Shown here: positions 59,545-64,000 of the stretch, piece by piece
Numbering within the stretch: the first letter of the stretch is position 1
How the letters are laid out: every line of letters starts with the position of its first letter
Source: a virus
Taxonomy: Duplodnaviria > Caudoviricetes
Reading direction: 5' to 3' (one strand)
Virus record (IMG/VR): IMGVR_UViG_3300033069_001852
Length of the DNA: 64,000 nt
Program-made: the position numbers and the translations under genes
Notes under the pieces: generated by a model
Told to the model about the DNA's origin: nothing
Seen by the model: only the letters and a program-made list of their open reading frames with translations
Database searches by the model: none

Positions 59545-60411
59545 ATGGACATTAGCAAAGTTAAACAGCGTTTGAATTCACTTCGCAACAAAGACAAGAA
59601 ATCAGACCTTATCTGGAAACCCGCCCCCGGCAAACAAACGGTACGAATTGTACCTTACACCCACAACGATCAAAACCCTTTTATCGAACTCAAGTTTCAC
59701 TATAACTTGAACGGTAAAACCTTCCTCAGCCCTGACACCTTCAACAAGCCAGACCCGATTGTTGAATTCGCTAATAAGCTCAAAAAGAGCGGCGACAAGG
59801 AAGAGTGGCAATTCGCACGCAAGCTTGAACCCAAGATGCGGACATTCTGCCCCGTGATTGTGCGTGGTAAGGAAAAGGAAGGCGTCAAATTCTGGGGCTT
59901 TGGTAAGCAAGTGTATCAAGCTATTCTTTCTTATATTGCGGATCCGGATTACGGCGATATTACCGATCCAGTCAACGGACGGGACATTGTTGTTGAGTTC
60001 CGCACTGCGGAAGAAACTGGAAAGAGTTTTCCGGAAACCACCATCCGCCCGAAGCCCAATCAGACTCCGGCAGTTACGGACGACCTCAAGGATACCCTGG
60101 ATGACCAAAGCGATATTCTTGAATTGTTTGAATTGCCAACCTATGACGACCTCAAAGTAGCCATGGATACTTGGTTGAATGAAGGCGCAGTGGAGGAAAC
60201 TGATGTAGTTGCCGCAGATGGAACTACTACGACCGTCTCCGTATCAACCGCCCCCGCGTCACTTGCTAAGAACAAGCCAGTAACCACCCCAGCCCCCGCT
60301 GCGGTTGAAGCTCTTGTTGAAAAGCCAGTTGAGGCAACGCCGGCGAAAAACACCGGAAAAGAAAATATGGAATCCGTAATGAAAGATTTCGATAAACTGT
60401 TCGAAAGTTAA
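59545..60411 (+). CDS. Single-stranded DNA-binding protein (gp32-like)
   Basis: WKP..GKQTVRIVP, FHY, DPI, VKFWGFGK, DITDP..GRD, acidic tail DFDKLFES; AGGAG ribosome-binding site. Confidence 0.85.
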   Translation: MDISKVKQRLNSLRNKDKKSDLIWKPAPGKQTVRIVPYTHNDQNPFIELKFHYNLNGKTFLSPDTFNKPDPIVEFANKLKKSGDKEEWQFARKLEPKMRTFCPVIVRGKEKEGVKFWGFGKQVYQAILSYIADPDYGDITDPVNGRDIVVEFRTAEETGKSFPETTIRPKPNQTPAVTDDLKDTLDDQSDILELFELPTYDDLKVAMDTWLNEGAVEETDVVAADGTTTTVSVSTAPASLAKNKPVTTPAPAAVEALVEKPVEATPAKNTGKENMESVMKDFDKLFES

Positions 60412-60426
60412 TCATTAAAACTAATT

Positions 60427-60460
60427 GGAAGAGTACCTGAAATATGGTACTCTTCCTTTT
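60427..60460 (+). terminator. Rho-independent terminator after the SSB gene
   Basis: Perfect 11-bp stem GGAAGAGTACC/GGTACTCTTCC followed by TTTT. Confidence 0.85.
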
Positions 60461-60482
60461 AATCTCAACCAAGGATTTTATT

Positions 60483-61640
60483 ATGGCAAAAAAACCATCG
60501 GTTCACGTCGAACATTCGGCGGCAAAAATTGATCGCGACGATTTAGCTTCTCTCATCAAAGATTCTCTTAATAATGCGCAGAAGGATAAGGGTAAAGTTG
60601 CGCATTTTCTTGATGAACAGGATGATCCGTCTCTGATCAGCGACTGGGTCTCAACCGGTTCCACTTTTTTAGATCTCGCAATTTCTAATCGCCCTAACGG
60701 AGGTCTTCCCGTCGGCCGCATCATCGAATTGAACGGCCTTGAATCGACTGGTAAAAGTTTGGTGTGTGCGCATTTATGCGCTGAAACGCAAAAGAAAAAT
60801 GGAGTCGCCATTTATTTGGATACGGAAAGCGCCGCGGCGCCGGAGTTCTGGAAAGCGTTGGGGGTTAAATTGGAAAATCTTGTTTACGTCCGCCCCTACA
60901 CCATCGAAGAAGTTTTTGAATACGTGGAAAGAATTATTGCGAAGGTTCGGGCTTCGAGCCGTGATAGGTTAATAACTATTATCATTGATAGTATCGCAGG
61001 TGCAACGACGGAAAAAGAAGCAGAGTCAGAACATGGCGTGGATGGGTATAATACCGCAAAAGCCCTTATTATTGGTAAGGCAATGCGCCGAATTACTGAT
61101 GTTATTGAAAAGCAACGCATACTTCTGGTGGTCACAAACCAATTGCGCGTCAATATGAACGCCATGGCGTTTGGAGACAAGTATATCACTCCCGGTGGTA
61201 AAGGTTTACCCTACGCAGCCTCGGTGCGTGTTCGTTTAGCTTCAATGAAGAAACTCAAGAAAGGCGACGACACAATCGGCGTTCGTTGTAAATGTACAGT
61301 GGTAAAAAACCGCATGGGCCCACCGGCACGCAAAGCTGAATTTGATATCTTTTTTGATTCCGGTATTCAAGACCGCAAGAGTTGGTTGGAATTTTTGAAG
61401 GAACAGAAAGTGGCCAGCAACACGGCCGGGGTTTATAACATAAAGATGCCGAGTGGGAATTATAAACTTACCGTCTCTGAATTCGCGGCGAAGTTAAATG
61501 AAGACGCCGCTTTCAAAGATGAAATATACAATTACATCTGTGAGAAACAGATTATGATATATCGTGATCCCACGGCGAAAATTGATGAAGACATAACTGA
61601 GTCCGAAGAAGAATCGGAAGTTGGTACATCAGAAGAATAA
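60483..61640 (+). CDS. recA: RecA/UvsX recombinase
   Basis: STGSTFLDLA, GGLPVGRIIE.NGLESTGKS, IIIDS, TNQLR, TPGGKGL..AASVR, VKNR. Start placed after the terminator. Confidence 0.95.
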   Translation: MAKKPSVHVEHSAAKIDRDDLASLIKDSLNNAQKDKGKVAHFLDEQDDPSLISDWVSTGSTFLDLAISNRPNGGLPVGRIIELNGLESTGKSLVCAHLCAETQKKNGVAIYLDTESAAAPEFWKALGVKLENLVYVRPYTIEEVFEYVERIIAKVRASSRDRLITIIIDSIAGATTEKEAESEHGVDGYNTAKALIIGKAMRRITDVIEKQRILLVVTNQLRVNMNAMAFGDKYITPGGKGLPYAASVRVRLASMKKLKKGDDTIGVRCKCTVVKNRMGPPARKAEFDIFFDSGIQDRKSWLEFLKEQKVASNTAGVYNIKMPSGNYKLTVSEFAAKLNEDAAFKDEIYNYICEKQIMIYRDPTAKIDEDITESEEESEVGTSEE

Positions 61641-61690
61641 CATCGCTGAAAGACAATCGGCTCGTAATATTATAGAACACTGATAATGAT

Positions 61691-61990
61691 ATGAAATGGA
61701 TTAGCCCTAATTATCTGGGTTGGTTATTGCTCATTATCAGTGTTCTTTTAATATTGATTCCCAACCTTCCCATTTATCCGATTGTTTTCACTTTTCTTCT
61801 GTCCGTCGGCATGGGAATACTCACAATTAAGAGAAAAATGAAAGGGCAGGGAATTGGAATTTTAGTTGGGAATTTGATCATCTTACCCTTTGTACTTTTA
61901 GTATTATGGGTAACATTTATCAAGTTTGAGGCCAGTGTGGTTTTTTCAAAACAAAAAGCCACTAACCATGTAGAAAGTATAAGCAAATGA
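61691..61990 (+). CDS. Small membrane protein
   Basis: Three hydrophobic segments in 99 aa. Confidence 0.7.
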   Translation: MKWISPNYLGWLLLIISVLLILIPNLPIYPIVFTFLLSVGMGILTIKRKMKGQGIGILVGNLIILPFVLLVLWVTFIKFEASVVFSKQKATNHVESISK

Positions 61991-62340
61991 AAATTAGAAC
62001 AGGATTCGTAAGTAATAGTAGTTCAAGCTCCTTTGTGGTTCTAGGGGTAAAAATGGATAAAGCAACTTCCGAAAAATTAAAAAAGCTATGTCCGCCGAAC
62101 AAAGAAGAAAAGGCGGATGACGGTCTGTGGTGGGAAAGACTCTCAGAAGAATTGGGATTGGAAGTCATCTACAATGAACCACATTGTCTGATTGGTGAGC
62201 CGTTGGCCAGTGGCGACGATTATATGGAAGAGTGTGAATATGACATTAAAGAAATTGAAAAGAAAGCTAAAACAATTCAGGCAGCTTTAAAGGGAATAGA
62301 TGTTCCTGTCAAATTACTGATGGGAACACGTCCCTCATAA
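61987..62340 (+). CDS. MKIRxGFVSNSSSSSF-family protein
   Basis: Characteristic N-terminal motif; ATGA overlap. Confidence 0.75.
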   Translation: MKIRTGFVSNSSSSSFVVLGVKMDKATSEKLKKLCPPNKEEKADDGLWWERLSEELGLEVIYNEPHCLIGEPLASGDDYMEECEYDIKEIEKKAKTIQAALKGIDVPVKLLMGTRPS

Positions 62341-62344
62341 AATT

Positions 62345-63418
62345 ATGGATGTCGGCGGCAATGATAGAAAGAAATTGTTTAGTCTCTTTTCTGGTTTACA
62401 GGGTGAGATTAAAAAGGCGCATGAGCTAGGTGTGAGCGGGGCGACTAAAAATGAAGTATTATTGGTTGATGGTTACAATACTTTCATTCGCTGTTTCGCC
62501 GCGATCCCGACTCTGAATGATAATGGTCTTCATACCGGAGGCGTATCCGGTTTTTTGAAATCGGTCGGCTATGCTATAAAACTTATACAGCCGGATCGAT
62601 GTATTATTGTCTTTGACGGTCCCGGTGGTTCAATGTATCGCCGAAAAATCTTTCCGGAATACAAAGCGCACCGAAAAACCAAAGTGCGTTTAAATCGTAT
62701 TTATGAGGACAATCATACCGATCTAGGTTCGGAGGATCAAGCCTTAAAACGCCAACTTCAGCGTACTGTGGCCTATTTACATAATCTTCCAGTTAACATG
62801 TTATCATTGGATAATGTGGAGGCGGACGATACTATGGCTTTCTGCTCACATTATCTTCAGGAAAGCAATATCAATATCATGAGCGCAGATAAAGATTTTT
62901 TGCAGTTGGTTAGTGATCGGGTGAAGGTATGGAGCCCTAGCAAAAAACGATTCTACGGCCCATCTGAAGTCGTGTCGGAATATGGTATTCACCCATACAA
63001 CTTTGCAATTTTCCGAGCCTTAGATGGCGATGTATCCGATAACATTCCAGGTATTCCAGGATGTGGATTAAAAACCATCATTAAAGCGTTTCCTTTTTTA
63101 ATTGAACCACGCAAGGTTCTTTTGGAAGAGATTTATAAATATTGTGAAGTTAATCGGACCAAACTTAAGATTTACGAAAAGGTTTTGGCCGACAAGCCAA
63201 CGGTTGAACGCAATTATGAATTAATGCAATTACATGAAACGCAGTTAACTACCCATGCCCAGGTTCATGTTATGGATATTCTAAACAATCCGGTACCGAA
63301 AATGAACCGCATAGAATTCTCCAAACTTATAACGGAGGACCGGATGTGGAATAACATTCCCAATTATCAAATTTGGTTGAATGAGGTATTTGGCAAGCTC
63401 AACAATTTTGTAAAATGA
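62345..63418 (+). CDS. 5'-3' exonuclease/flap endonuclease (T4 RNase H- or Pol I N-terminal-like)
   Basis: LLVDGYN, VFDG, YKAHR, EADD, SADKDFLQL, GDVSDNIPGIPGCGLKT. Confidence 0.93.
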   Translation: MDVGGNDRKKLFSLFSGLQGEIKKAHELGVSGATKNEVLLVDGYNTFIRCFAAIPTLNDNGLHTGGVSGFLKSVGYAIKLIQPDRCIIVFDGPGGSMYRRKIFPEYKAHRKTKVRLNRIYEDNHTDLGSEDQALKRQLQRTVAYLHNLPVNMLSLDNVEADDTMAFCSHYLQESNINIMSADKDFLQLVSDRVKVWSPSKKRFYGPSEVVSEYGIHPYNFAIFRALDGDVSDNIPGIPGCGLKTIIKAFPFLIEPRKVLLEEIYKYCEVNRTKLKIYEKVLADKPTVERNYELMQLHETQLTTHAQVHVMDILNNPVPKMNRIEFSKLITEDRMWNNIPNYQIWLNEVFGKLNNFVK

Positions 63419-63419
63419 T

Positions 63420-63698
63420 ATGGAACCGCGGCTCTTGCCCCCATTTTCATATACTACGACCACCTCAATCAATACTTCATTTGACACTGAAGTCGATCTG
63501 ACTATGAAACAAACCGCTAAAAATAAATTGATGTCACAATTGGATCCTGTTAAATGGCATGATTTGGAGGATGACAGCATTATAATGGTTGGAATAAAAA
63601 AGGAAATGGAAACAAAAACATGCCAAACGACTTTGGGAGATTTAAAGCGGCATATTCTCAATGAGATACTGGAAGAATTAAGGGGTAGAAAAAGTTAA
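63420..63698 (+). CDS. Hypothetical protein
   Basis: 92 aa ORF adjacent to the exonuclease; start uncertain. Confidence 0.5.
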   Translation: MEPRLLPPFSYTTTTSINTSFDTEVDLTMKQTAKNKLMSQLDPVKWHDLEDDSIIMVGIKKEMETKTCQTTLGDLKRHILNEILEELRGRKS

Positions 63699-63723
63699 AG
63701 TGGTATTATTTCTGTATAAGAAA

Positions 63724-63752
63724 TTTACTTGGACCAGTTTTCTCCGTACACT
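63724..63752 (+). promoter_or_regulatory. Sigma70-like promoter
   Basis: TTTACT-17 nt-TACACT upstream of the ATG at 63768. Confidence 0.4.
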
Positions 63753-63767
63753 ATACCCACAATAACT

Positions 63768-64000
63768 ATGCAAGTTGACAACCTAAAAAAATACGGAGCT
63801 GAGTTTCAGACGAAATGTGTCTCCACTTTACTCGCGGACAAATCATTCGTTGAACGCATTTATGAAATCCTTGAACCCAAGGTTTTTGAATCGGATGCTA
63901 ATCAGTGGATCGTCGAAGAGATAAAAACTTATTTCATGCAATATAAATCACTACCGACTCCGGCAGTGTTTAAATTTAAAATGGATGAGTTGACCAAGGG
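63768..64000 (+). CDS. Partial CDS, probable replicative helicase N-terminus
   Basis: Translated by hand: MQVDNLKKYGAEFQTKCVSTLLADKSF..ILEPKVFE...YF.QYKSLPT; open to the window edge; replication context. The catalytic domain is not visible. Confidence 0.55.
   Translation, partial: MQVDNLKKYGAEFQTKCVSTLLADKSFVERIYEILEPKVFESDANQWIVEEIKTYFMQYKSLPTPAVFKFKMDELTK

Noticed and set aside
1-64000. Stop-codon reassignment as in some large phages
   Set aside because: Conserved genes translate full length in the standard code and are tightly packed.
1-64000. tRNA genes, expected given cca
   Set aside because: No cloverleaf was recognisable in the short intergenic spaces. A tRNAscan-SE or ARAGORN run would confirm this.
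1-64000. Host assignment from the scarcity of Shine-Dalgarno sites
   Set aside because: Signals are mixed: some AGGA(G) sites and sigma70-like promoters are present. This is not enough to name a host.

Overview
A 64 kb segment of a large contractile-tailed (myovirus-like, distantly T4-like) phage genome, read in the standard genetic code. I found no tRNA, rRNA or CRISPR array. Contents: (i) repetitive fibre/spike-like genes (401-14468 and 23559-28085); (ii) neck, sheath, tube, chaperone, tape-measure and baseplate genes; (iii) four free-standing homing-endonuclease-like genes; (iv) a replication block (PolA-like polymerase, SSB, RecA/UvsX, 5'-3' exonuclease, start of a probable helicase). Main finding: about 18 otherwise unrelated genes begin with a similar short leader, roughly M-(I)-K-L-x-x-(L/I)-(L/I)-x-E. 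They include a 2H phosphoesterase, a CCA-adding enzyme, a second nucleotidyltransferase, five ART-like proteins, a GNAT, a lysozyme, a cysteine hydrolase and a P-loop kinase. The leader ends in a T4 gp21-type (L/I)-x-E protease site, and most of these genes follow a recurring ATATTTAT motif shared with the structural genes. I infer a capsid-targeting system that loads an enzyme cargo into the head. Also notable: a candidate +1 frameshift (UCC UUU CUA) in the chaperone upstream of the tape measure, and two oppositely oriented fibre genes sharing identical 65-nt blocks. All product calls come from motifs read by eye; no database searches were run.
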